61,250 nt of DNA from an uncultured Muribaculaceae bacterium (GTDB taxonomy: Bacteria; Bacillota_I; Bacilli_A; RF39; UBA660), in assembly GCA_964481005.1 (NCBI GenBank), contig CAYZRY010000003.1:1-61250 (forward strand), read 5' to 3'. Both the position numbers and the translations under genes were made by a program. Positions 53,548-61,250 of this stretch are shown piece after piece (positions within the stretch are counted from its first letter, which is position 1; the number at the start of each line of letters is the position of its first letter). The notes beneath the pieces were generated by a model. The model was given only the letters and a program-made list of their open reading frames with translations, made no database searches and was not told where the DNA came from.

Positions 53548-54984
53548 TCATTTTAAGATATCTTTTAATACTGTTACTTTTACTAAGGATAATTGCTCAA
53601 GCGTACTTGTTACCCCCTCAGTTCCAAAACCGGAGTATTTCCAACCACCAAATGGCATATCTGCCGAACGATAAGAAGTTCGTCCATTGATGATAACTGT
53701 TCCTACTTCTAACTTAGATGCAACTTGAAAAGCTGTCTTTAAATCTTTAGTAAAAATCGACGCCGTTAAACCGTATGGTGAATTGTTGACAATGTCGATA
53801 GCATTTTTAATACTGCTATAAGTAATTAGTGGAATAACTGGTCCTAGTACTTCTAAGTTATTAGCTATTCCCATACTAGCGACAACATCAGTGATGACTG
53901 TCGGTTCATAAACATTATCGATTCTTCTTCCGCCACAGAGTAATTTAGCACCATCATCGATTAATTTTTTAACTTGATTTTCGACTTTAATCGTCGCACG
54001 TTCATCAATCAAACAAGCAATGTCTGTGTCTTGACTACTTGGACTGCCTACTTTTAAACTCTTTACTTTATCGACAAGTTTTTCAGTAAATTTATCTTTG
54101 ATAGTTTCATGAATTAGAACTCTTTTAGAGCTTGCTGCTTCTTGTCCACTGTTGCTCATTCGTCCTTTGATTATCTCGTCAACCGCCAAATCGATATCGG
54201 CATCTTCACAGACAATCGAGGCATCGTTTCCACCTAGTTCTAACAAAACTCTCGTTAGATTGTGAGAAGCTTGTTCCATAACTTTCATTCCTGAGACAGT
54301 TGAACCTGTAAAAGATATAAGCTGAATATCAGGATGAGCTGCTAAAGCTTGGCCAGTTGTTTCACCCTTACCTTGAATAATTTGCAAAACTCCGGCTGGC
54401 ACTCCACTACTACGCAATAAATATGTCAGCTTAGTAATCGTCAGTGGCGCTTTGGAAGACGGCTTTATAATGACCGTATTTCCCATCAGCAATGACGATG
54501 GAACTTTGTGAGCAAATGTCACAACCGGCATATTCGAAGGAACAAAGATGGCCACAACTCCAATTGGATGTCTACTTGTCGAAGTAATTGTGTGTTCACT
54601 ATCTTTGGTTAAGCCTTCTGGAATAAAATCGCTATACATGTGTTTAGAACGTTCAATATATGTTGGAACAATCGATAGAAATTTACGCATTTCTTCGTAC
54701 GATTCCTTAATCGGTTTTCCTGTTTCTCGCGTTAGCAAAGTAGCTAGTTCATCGATTCTTGACAAAGCCATAGAAACAAACTTTTCAATAATTTTACTAC
54801 GTTCATATATGCTTGTTTTAGACCACATGTGTTTAGCCTCAATCGATAGCCTTACAGCCTCATTAATATCGTTAAAACCAGAGTTAGGTATCTTATCAAT
54901 TAATCTTCCACTATAGGGATTTAAAACATCAATAGTTTCTTTACTATTTGCATCAATCCACTGATTTCCAATTAAATTTTTCAT
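53548..54984 (-). CDS. Aldehyde dehydrogenase-family protein with the catalytic Cys replaced by Ala
   Basis: PSNMP, IKPSS, FTGST, LELGGND, EVLGP, NSPYGL, PFGGWKYSG all present, but GQEAAS where GQxCxA is expected. Confidence 0.9.
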   Translation of the reverse strand: MKNLIGNQWIDANSKETIDVLNPYSGRLIDKIPNSGFNDINEAVRLSIEAKHMWSKTSIYERSKIIEKFVSMALSRIDELATLLTRETGKPIKESYEEMRKFLSIVPTYIERSKHMYSDFIPEGLTKDSEHTITSTSRHPIGVVAIFVPSNMPVVTFAHKVPSSLLMGNTVIIKPSSKAPLTITKLTYLLRSSGVPAGVLQIIQGKGETTGQALAAHPDIQLISFTGSTVSGMKVMEQASHNLTRVLLELGGNDASIVCEDADIDLAVDEIIKGRMSNSGQEAASSKRVLIHETIKDKFTEKLVDKVKSLKVGSPSSQDTDIACLIDERATIKVENQVKKLIDDGAKLLCGGRRIDNVYEPTVITDVVASMGIANNLEVLGPVIPLITYSSIKNAIDIVNNSPYGLTASIFTKDLKTAFQVASKLEVGTVIINGRTSYRSADMPFGGWKYSGFGTEGVTSTLEQLSLVKVTVLKDILK

Positions 54985-54993
54985 CTCTACCTC

Positions 54994-57276
54994 CTAGGTA
55001 TCAATATTTATATCATCCCAAGCAAGATCTTGAATAAGCCAAGTAAATGCATGATTACGTTCAAGCACTATTTCAGCATTGATCTTTTCGTCAATGTCGA
55101 CTCCATTTCGACGAGCATCCTCGCAGTACCAATCATAACGATAAGTTAAATCGGCAAAATCGAGTATTTCTCCCATCGGACGAAGTTCACATTTATTGAT
55201 AAAATCGACATAGTTTTTACTATCCGATAAAATAGATGACATACTTGATGGATTAATTAATTCTTTTGGATATGATAATTCATCAATTAACTTCAAAGCC
55301 CAAAACAGAACGACTAGACCTTCAAGTTGCCAAGAAATTTGAATAGCTAAGTCCTTATCCATACTGTCAAATAATTCTTTTTCACGATTACTTAAATAAT
55401 TTTTAGCTTTGTATTTATCTAGTAATTTGGTAAAGAATTTCTTCGAAGTTTTAAGTTCTTTTTTATTTTCGGTATTAGCCACATCGATAGCAAAGTTTGC
55501 ACTTATACATAGTGCTATTGCTCTTCGAGCTACTTCATCAACGCTGCGATAATGAGCATCAACGGTACTATCTAGTAGTGGTAATTCCGATAAATATGGA
55601 ATGTTTTCTGACTTTAACAGCTCGAAATTTCGCAATTTACGATCGAAAGCTTCGATGTATCCAGGACTTGCTTCAGTTTGTTCAGCTCTACTTAAAATAA
55701 AGCTTGCAATACTGAGGTTATCAACACTAAGCATTCCCGAAATAGCAATTAAATATCCCGAGCTATAAATAGTTTTATAAAATTTATCATTGTTAAGTAG
55801 ATATGTTTTAACTTCTTGTCCAGTGCTTAAAAGTTCTAATTTTTCTTCTTCTAAGCCTCCGGCTGCATGAATATTTTTATCCATCCAATCTTTTACTTTA
55901 ACTTCGTAAGAATCTTTTGTTTCACAAGGGAACATGAATATTCTAAAGACCACTTCCCCATTTTTATCTAAATCGAAAGCATTGTATTCTCTGACAATTT
56001 TATGAGCATAGTCTTTAGGTACATGATAAGTAAAGATAGGTGCACCATTCATAAAATGATAGATAGCTTCAGTATCATACATTTCAATGTTTAACTCTGG
56101 TGCATTTAATCTAGATTCTTTTTCATTGATAATTTTTGTTTCAACAACTGGTGCTTCGACTATTTCAACTACTTCTTCAGGAACTACTTCGACAGTAGGC
56201 TCTTCGATGATAACAGCTGAAAGTATTTCTTCGTCAGGAATCTTATAGACTTCTGGTTCAACCACTACTTCTTCGACTTCTTCGTTATACATACCTGCTG
56301 GGAAAATTTCTTTTCCACTTATATGTGCTTCTTTAAATATCGATAAAAGTTCAATAAAGAATTTGTTCAAAACTGCTTTATCTGTATCACTTTCTAAATC
56401 AATATATAAATATTTATCATTTAATTTGCTGACAATCGATGAATTGCTCTTTGGTCTTTGACCACTAATATCCATCTTCATTAAGTCTTCGAAATGTTTA
56501 AGAGTGATATCTTTAAGCTTAGCACTCAAGTCTCCATTATCGATGACGACAAATGAATCTCTAAAGCCGCTAAAGTAAAGCTCTTTATCAATTGTTGTAA
56601 GTAAGACCACTTCCCCATTTTTAAAGTAGTTATACTTAAAGTAAAAATTAGGTACTTTTATTCCGCGATACTTACATTCTGTCTCGACAATTGTCTGTGA
56701 TAAACTCTTCGCTGGAAGCTCGATGGCTTTTTCCTCGACTTCTTCGACAACTTTGACTGGTTCTTCAATCATCATCGGCGGATTAACTGGTGTAAACGTC
56801 TTTAATGACTTCAAAATTTCATCAAGTAGTAAACTTTCTTTACTCTTCTTAAAATCTTTAATCTCTTTGAGCATATTTTTATGATCAAAATTAAGACTAA
56901 AATTAACTAACATATCGTTAATTAAAACAATAGTATTTCTAATCTTCTTATTTTGTTTTTGAAGATAGTATGAATATGCCTGCAAATCTTTATACGTTTC
57001 TTTTTCCGAAGCAATTAAAACTAATTCTTCGTCTTTGAACTTTTCAGCATTAAACTTAGCTAATTTTTCAAAATCACGACTGTTAGAAAACCCAGCAAAA
57101 GTAACTGAAAAACTAGTTTGACGATCTACTGAAAATAAATATAAAGTATTTTGTTCAACTCCTAGTTTAGAATACATCTCTTTCTTAACTTCGATAAATG
57201 TATCTGGAATAGATATTCTAAAACCGACACTACGATTCTTTAAATATATGAGATTATCTCTTTTTTCTTTAGTCAT
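54994..57276 (-). CDS. Large multidomain protein with a C-terminal DUF4272-like domain
   Basis: RSVDEVARRAIAL...WQLEGLVVLFWAL...DLTYRYDWYCEDAR...ERNHAFTWL...WDDINIDT; Glu/Val/Pro-rich linkers. Confidence 0.75.
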   Translation of the reverse strand: MTKEKRDNLIYLKNRSVGFRISIPDTFIEVKKEMYSKLGVEQNTLYLFSVDRQTSFSVTFAGFSNSRDFEKLAKFNAEKFKDEELVLIASEKETYKDLQAYSYYLQKQNKKIRNTIVLINDMLVNFSLNFDHKNMLKEIKDFKKSKESLLLDEILKSLKTFTPVNPPMMIEEPVKVVEEVEEKAIELPAKSLSQTIVETECKYRGIKVPNFYFKYNYFKNGEVVLLTTIDKELYFSGFRDSFVVIDNGDLSAKLKDITLKHFEDLMKMDISGQRPKSNSSIVSKLNDKYLYIDLESDTDKAVLNKFFIELLSIFKEAHISGKEIFPAGMYNEEVEEVVVEPEVYKIPDEEILSAVIIEEPTVEVVPEEVVEIVEAPVVETKIINEKESRLNAPELNIEMYDTEAIYHFMNGAPIFTYHVPKDYAHKIVREYNAFDLDKNGEVVFRIFMFPCETKDSYEVKVKDWMDKNIHAAGGLEEEKLELLSTGQEVKTYLLNNDKFYKTIYSSGYLIAISGMLSVDNLSIASFILSRAEQTEASPGYIEAFDRKLRNFELLKSENIPYLSELPLLDSTVDAHYRSVDEVARRAIALCISANFAIDVANTENKKELKTSKKFFTKLLDKYKAKNYLSNREKELFDSMDKDLAIQISWQLEGLVVLFWALKLIDELSYPKELINPSSMSSILSDSKNYVDFINKCELRPMGEILDFADLTYRYDWYCEDARRNGVDIDEKINAEIVLERNHAFTWLIQDLAWDDINIDT

Positions 57277-59448
57277 TTAAATCTCCCCCTTTATTGAATC
57301 TAATTCAAATTTATCACTGAAGATCGGATACTTTAACTCACCCTTACGATAGAGTTCTTGGACTTCATATTCATACTCTTTAAAGTCGTTATAATCGTCA
57401 ATTCCTCTTCGGCATATCTTCGATATAAGTAGTGATAACTCTTCTTCACTCTCATCGATTAGAATATGTTTTTCTATTTCGTACTTAACTGTTTCTCCAT
57501 AAACTGGATTATTTTTAAATACTTTCGATAAATAGTTTAGACATGCATCTAGGTTTTCTTTTCCTTCACCTTTAAGCTTACTATAGAGATTATACTGAGC
57601 AAAAAGCTTTTCTAAATATATTTTAAAAGCATCAAGTGATAAGCTGTCATTGCGATAATTGATGTATTCTTCCATCAACGCATCTCTTTCAAAATAACGA
57701 TGTTGCCCAAAAATATATCTAGGATAATAGACCCAATTAGAATCGATTAAACCACGAACAAAGTTAGCTTTTTCAATAAACTTTTCTTTATCCCTAAAAC
57801 TAGATAAAAGATCTTTTTCTTGCATAGCCTTTTCTAGGTTATATTTACTGATAAACTCTTCATATAAGCTTTCATTAGTTTTAATGATGCGTTCAAGTTC
57901 AACCTTTTTAGCTTCATCATTATTATTCATAACAAAGTACAAGAATAACATAACTGAATTTTTAGTCTCATACTTTTCTATTTCACTGTATTTTTGATAA
58001 GTTTCAGTATCTTTCATAAGCTTCATCAAACGGCCATATTCAGTATTGCGAAGTTCTCTCGTGAAACTTGCTTTTTCAAGTGACATAGACCACGTTTCCA
58101 TAGCTCCACTTTTATTGATGCGATAAGCTTTTTCTTTATCGAAAAGAAATTCTATTTTATTTCCCCTTTTTAAACCTGTTCCCTGCATATCGACAACTAG
58201 TGGCGCTTTGACAACTTCAAAGACTGCTTTCTTACTATCGATACTAACTGTCTTTAAATTGATTCTTCCAAGATCAATGTTGTTTCCTTCGATAACACTG
58301 TGATCAGTTAATTCTAGAGCAGGTACTTTAATAATGCCAAGTCCATCACCTATTTCATAATATGGCAGATGACTTACTACTAATTTAGCTGTTTCATTTA
58401 AGTTAAACGCGTAATTCTTAGCACTATTTTTAAGTGATGAGACAATATCTAATCTAAATGATTTCTTAGCTTGTTCACGCTCTTTTATTTTAGCTTTAGC
58501 TTCTTCATTCTTTTGTGTCATTTGATCAAGTTTAGTTTTAATCTTAGCGACATTCTCTTTTTCTTTATCTTTTTGGGCTTGAAACATTTCATCTATTTTA
58601 ATATCGACTAATTCGATTAGGGCTGACATATCAAAAGAAACATCATCACTAATTTTGACATTTACTTCAGTACCATCTACTTCGATAGTTTTAGCAATCA
58701 TTTCAATACCATCTTCATCAGGCAGATCGATCTTTTTAATTGTACCAATACTTAGTTTTTCAAGCTGTTCTTCGATATTTAAAATACTTTCATCTATTTC
58801 TCTAGCTGCATCTATGACAACTTCATCTAGATTGGTAGATTTGTTTTTAATCTCACCGTTTTCAAGTCTGACAAAAAATCTTGAAGAACACTGATAACAG
58901 ATGATACTTCCTTCGTATTCGGCAATTGGTAAAAGTAATTCTCCATCTGCTTGATAGTTTAAATCCATCATTTCATCAAAGGAAAATAATCTAGCATTTA
59001 TATCACCAGTAAAAGTTATCCCGTGTTTAGAGTATGAAATTAGTTTCTCTAAATCATTGGCAAAGACACAGTCGAACTTATCAGAAAGCTTTTCAACTGT
59101 CTCAGCATTTACAAAAGCACTTTGGTAGCTACTAATAAACTCATCCCAAGTTAATTTAACTATTTGATTACGTAAGACCATTACCTTTGTCTTATCATTT
59201 TCTCTAATTTCTTTACCGTCACTCAAATAGATAGCATAATTTTCTTCACTATTATTTTCATCGATGACCGAAGAAAATAATTGTCCTAGACTATCAGTTC
59301 TATTTTTTGGCAAATAAAAACTCATAGCAGCAACGCCGCCCCTTAAAACAGTTACCTGACGATTATGGTCTAGGTAAATATCTTCGTTTTCTTTTGCCAT
59401 GTGAACAGCTAAAAGAAGATCCTTTTCACTTAGCATATTGGCCTCCAC
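57277..59448 (-). CDS. Large hypothetical protein with a possible SMI1/KNR4 (SUKH)-like domain and a coiled coil
   Basis: AETVEKLSDKFDCVFANDLEKLISYSKHG...LFSFDEM...LLPIAEYEGSIICY; coiled segment around QKDKEKE...KIKERE. Confidence 0.55.
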   Translation of the reverse strand: MEANMLSEKDLLLAVHMAKENEDIYLDHNRQVTVLRGGVAAMSFYLPKNRTDSLGQLFSSVIDENNSEENYAIYLSDGKEIRENDKTKVMVLRNQIVKLTWDEFISSYQSAFVNAETVEKLSDKFDCVFANDLEKLISYSKHGITFTGDINARLFSFDEMMDLNYQADGELLLPIAEYEGSIICYQCSSRFFVRLENGEIKNKSTNLDEVVIDAAREIDESILNIEEQLEKLSIGTIKKIDLPDEDGIEMIAKTIEVDGTEVNVKISDDVSFDMSALIELVDIKIDEMFQAQKDKEKENVAKIKTKLDQMTQKNEEAKAKIKEREQAKKSFRLDIVSSLKNSAKNYAFNLNETAKLVVSHLPYYEIGDGLGIIKVPALELTDHSVIEGNNIDLGRINLKTVSIDSKKAVFEVVKAPLVVDMQGTGLKRGNKIEFLFDKEKAYRINKSGAMETWSMSLEKASFTRELRNTEYGRLMKLMKDTETYQKYSEIEKYETKNSVMLFLYFVMNNNDEAKKVELERIIKTNESLYEEFISKYNLEKAMQEKDLLSSFRDKEKFIEKANFVRGLIDSNWVYYPRYIFGQHRYFERDALMEEYINYRNDSLSLDAFKIYLEKLFAQYNLYSKLKGEGKENLDACLNYLSKVFKNNPVYGETVKYEIEKHILIDESEEELSLLISKICRRGIDDYNDFKEYEYEVQELYRKGELKYPIFSDKFELDSIKGEI

Positions 59449-59534
59449 TTTTTATTCTTTATTCCCCTATTTTTACTAATTATTATTATACATTAAAATT
59501 TGTCTTTTTTCCACTTAAAATTACTCATAAAATT

Positions 59535-59558
59535 AAAAAAAGAAGCATATAGCTTCTT
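59535..59558 (-). terminator. Intrinsic terminator after tRNA-Leu
   Basis: AAGAAGC-ATATA-GCTTCTT with a minus-strand U run. Confidence 0.75.
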
Positions 59559-59566
59559 ATTTACTT

Positions 59567-59653
59567 TGGTGCCCGTGATCGGACTTGAACCGATACTTTC
59601 GTGAGAAAAATGGATTTTGAGTCCATCGCGTCTACCAATTCCACCACACGGGC
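59567..59653 (-). tRNA. tRNA-Leu (anticodon CAA)
   Basis: Reverse complement GCCCGTG...ATGGA-CTCAAAA-TCCAT...long variable arm...GGTTCAAGTCC...CACGGGCACCA; 87 nt. Confidence 0.97.
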
Positions 59654-59716
59654 AGGCAAAAACATTATATCACATGTCTTTTGTTTTCAAAACAAAAAAT
59701 ATATTAAATGTTCTTT

Positions 59717-60289
59717 TTATAAAACTTCTACCTCTTCGCCATGAGATGAGCTATCGTACAAGTCACTTTCGATGCTTTCACTGGCTGAAAAATCTATCTT
59801 TGGTAAATCTTCCTTGCAAGCTATACCAAAGTAGTCACAAAATTGACTGGTAATACCATATAAAATTGGTCTTCCTGCTTGATCACTTCGCCCTATTTCT
59901 TTAAGTAGTCCTTTGGCAACTAGTTTCTTAAGCATATCCCTGCTGCTGACCCCTCTAATCTCATCTAATTTTGTGCGAGTTATTGGTTCATTGTAAGCAA
60001 CAATTGCCAAACACTCTAGAGCTGCCGGTGACAATTCATTGGAGTCTGGTCGTTCGATTAATTTTTGATAATATACTTGATGCTCTTTCTTAGTAGCTAA
60101 TTTAAATTTATTCCCTAAAAAAGTAATTCTAATTCCGCGATTATCCGCTTCATAGACTTCTCTTAAATTTGATACTAATGCTTTGGCTTCTTCATTACCA
60201 ATCGATAATATCTCACTTATTTGTTCTAGGCTCAAACCTTCGTCCCCAACGACAAAGAGTAATCCTTCCAATATTGCTTCTAAATTCAT
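59717..60289 (-). CDS. scpB: SMC-Scp complex subunit ScpB
   Basis: LEGLLFVVGDEG, LSPAALECLAIVAYNEPITR, IRGV, GRPILYGIT. Confidence 0.97.
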   Translation of the reverse strand: MNLEAILEGLLFVVGDEGLSLEQISEILSIGNEEAKALVSNLREVYEADNRGIRITFLGNKFKLATKKEHQVYYQKLIERPDSNELSPAALECLAIVAYNEPITRTKLDEIRGVSSRDMLKKLVAKGLLKEIGRSDQAGRPILYGITSQFCDYFGIACKEDLPKIDFSASESIESDLYDSSSHGEEVEVL

Positions 60290-60999
60290 TTGCTAACCTC
60301 ACAGTATATTTCACTAAAATTATCATCCTGGGTAATCGATAACTGACCATCTTTAGCCATCTCTAAAATAGCTAAAAATGTAACGACAATATTATCTCTA
60401 CTTAAGACTTCAAAAAATTCGACGAATCTAATTTTACTTTGCTTTTTAAAGCGTTCTTTTATTTCAAAAATCTTTTCATCAACAGTAATTTCTTTGCGAC
60501 TTATTTTCTTAGGTAAAGGTTTTTTCTTTTCGGCTTCCTCTAAGAGTTTTTTGAAAGCTTCGACCAAATCATCAATTGATACATCACCAAAATTTACTTT
60601 TGTTTCTTCGTCGATATACTGACCTAATGATTCGGGTAGTTTTGTATAATAATTTTGACGATCTTCCTCTAGTTTTCTAAAGCTCTCGGTGATGTCCTTA
60701 TATTTTTGATATTCAATTAAACGGTCTACTAAGTTTTGTTCTGGATCTTCTTCCTCAGTTTCTTCTTCGTATCTAGGAAGTAACATACGCGATTTTAACT
60801 CTAATAACTCCGATGCCATAACTAGATAACTGCTGGCTATATCGAGATTTAATTTTTCCATCGCATTTATATAATCTAAATACTGATTGATAATCAGTTC
60901 AAGATTTAAATCGAAGATATCCATCTTCGCTGTTTTTATTAAATGCCAAAGAAGATCCAATGGACCTTCGAATGAGTCAAGTTTCAAGGTATAATCCAT
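60286..60999 (-). CDS. scpA: Segregation and condensation protein ScpA
   Basis: FEGPLDLLWHLI, YLVMASELLELKSRMLLP, VVTFLAILEM. Start moved to MDYTLKL. Confidence 0.96.
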   Translation of the reverse strand: MDYTLKLDSFEGPLDLLWHLIKTAKMDIFDLNLELIINQYLDYINAMEKLNLDIASSYLVMASELLELKSRMLLPRYEEETEEEDPEQNLVDRLIEYQKYKDITESFRKLEEDRQNYYTKLPESLGQYIDEETKVNFGDVSIDDLVEAFKKLLEEAEKKKPLPKKISRKEITVDEKIFEIKERFKKQSKIRFVEFFEVLSRDNIVVTFLAILEMAKDGQLSITQDDNFSEIYCEVSK

Positions 61000-61051
61000 A
61001 CGTATCACTCCACATATTATATGATACCACAAAACTTTTAAAAGCTAAAAG

Positions 61052-61080
61052 AAAAAAGAGACTTGTAAGTCTCTTATTTT
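61052..61080 (-). terminator. Intrinsic terminator after the partial edge gene
   Basis: AAGAGACT-TGTA-AGTCTCTT with a minus-strand U run. Confidence 0.8.
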
Positions 61081-61250
61081 TGTACGTAATTAAGTGTTAT
61101 TGCTAACGATTGGTTAACAGCTGTCGTAGGTACGCTAGTTGCATTACTATCGTAAGTTACTGTAACTCCGACTTGTGTTGTTGCTCCCGCTGCTAATTCA
61201 CTATCGACTGTTGCTCCAGTAAGGGTGTACTTAATATATGGTTGTGCCGC
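61074..61250 (-). CDS. C-terminal fragment of a secreted beta-rich, pilin/TasA-like protein (5' end outside the window)
   Basis: Manual translation: ...AAQPYIKYTLTGATVDSELAAGATTQVGVTVTYDSNATSVPTTAVNQSLAITLNYVQK*, followed by a terminator. Confidence 0.6.
   Translation of the reverse strand, partial: AAQPYIKYTLTGATVDSELAAGATTQVGVTVTYDSNATSVPTTAVNQSLAITLNYVQK

Noticed and set aside
54994-59653. tRNA-Leu-anchored integrative element
   Set aside because: No recombinase and no att-like direct repeat seen; a normal terminator follows the tRNA.

Overview
Low-GC (AT-rich) chromosomal window from a Bacillota (Firmicutes) bacterium using genetic code 11. T-box leaders, scpAB and Bacillus-type dnaB support the phylum; the compact, orphan-rich gene set suggests a reduced-genome Bacilli lineage such as RF39 (inference). 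Housekeeping genes: typA/bipA, trxB, tyrS, serS, ileS, dnaB, scpAB, three tRNAs (Gly-TCC, Val-GAC, Leu-CAA) and three T-box riboswitches. The main feature is a ~21 kb divergently transcribed locus (8971-29885) that looks like an undescribed SipW/TasA-type surface-fibre system. It encodes seven proteins with SipW-class signal peptides and an eighth related protein with an apparently uncleaved anchor, four SipW-like peptidases (two retain the catalytic Ser/His, two lack them), a ~2430-aa Gly-rich repeat adhesin, a degenerate EAL-like protein, an unannotated 39-aa protein, and a membrane-anchored McrB-family AAA+ NTPase paired with a DUF2357/McrC-like partner that has no nuclease domain. Other notable items: an IleRS2 with a GLHH instead of HIGH motif, an aldehyde dehydrogenase whose catalytic Cys is replaced by Ala, an HD hydrolase lying between the Ser T-box and serS, a Pro-containing uORF before a prolyl-tRNA editing gene, and tandem atypical kinases. 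No CRISPR array, rRNA, integrase or transposase was seen. All family assignments come from motif recognition by eye; no database searches were run.
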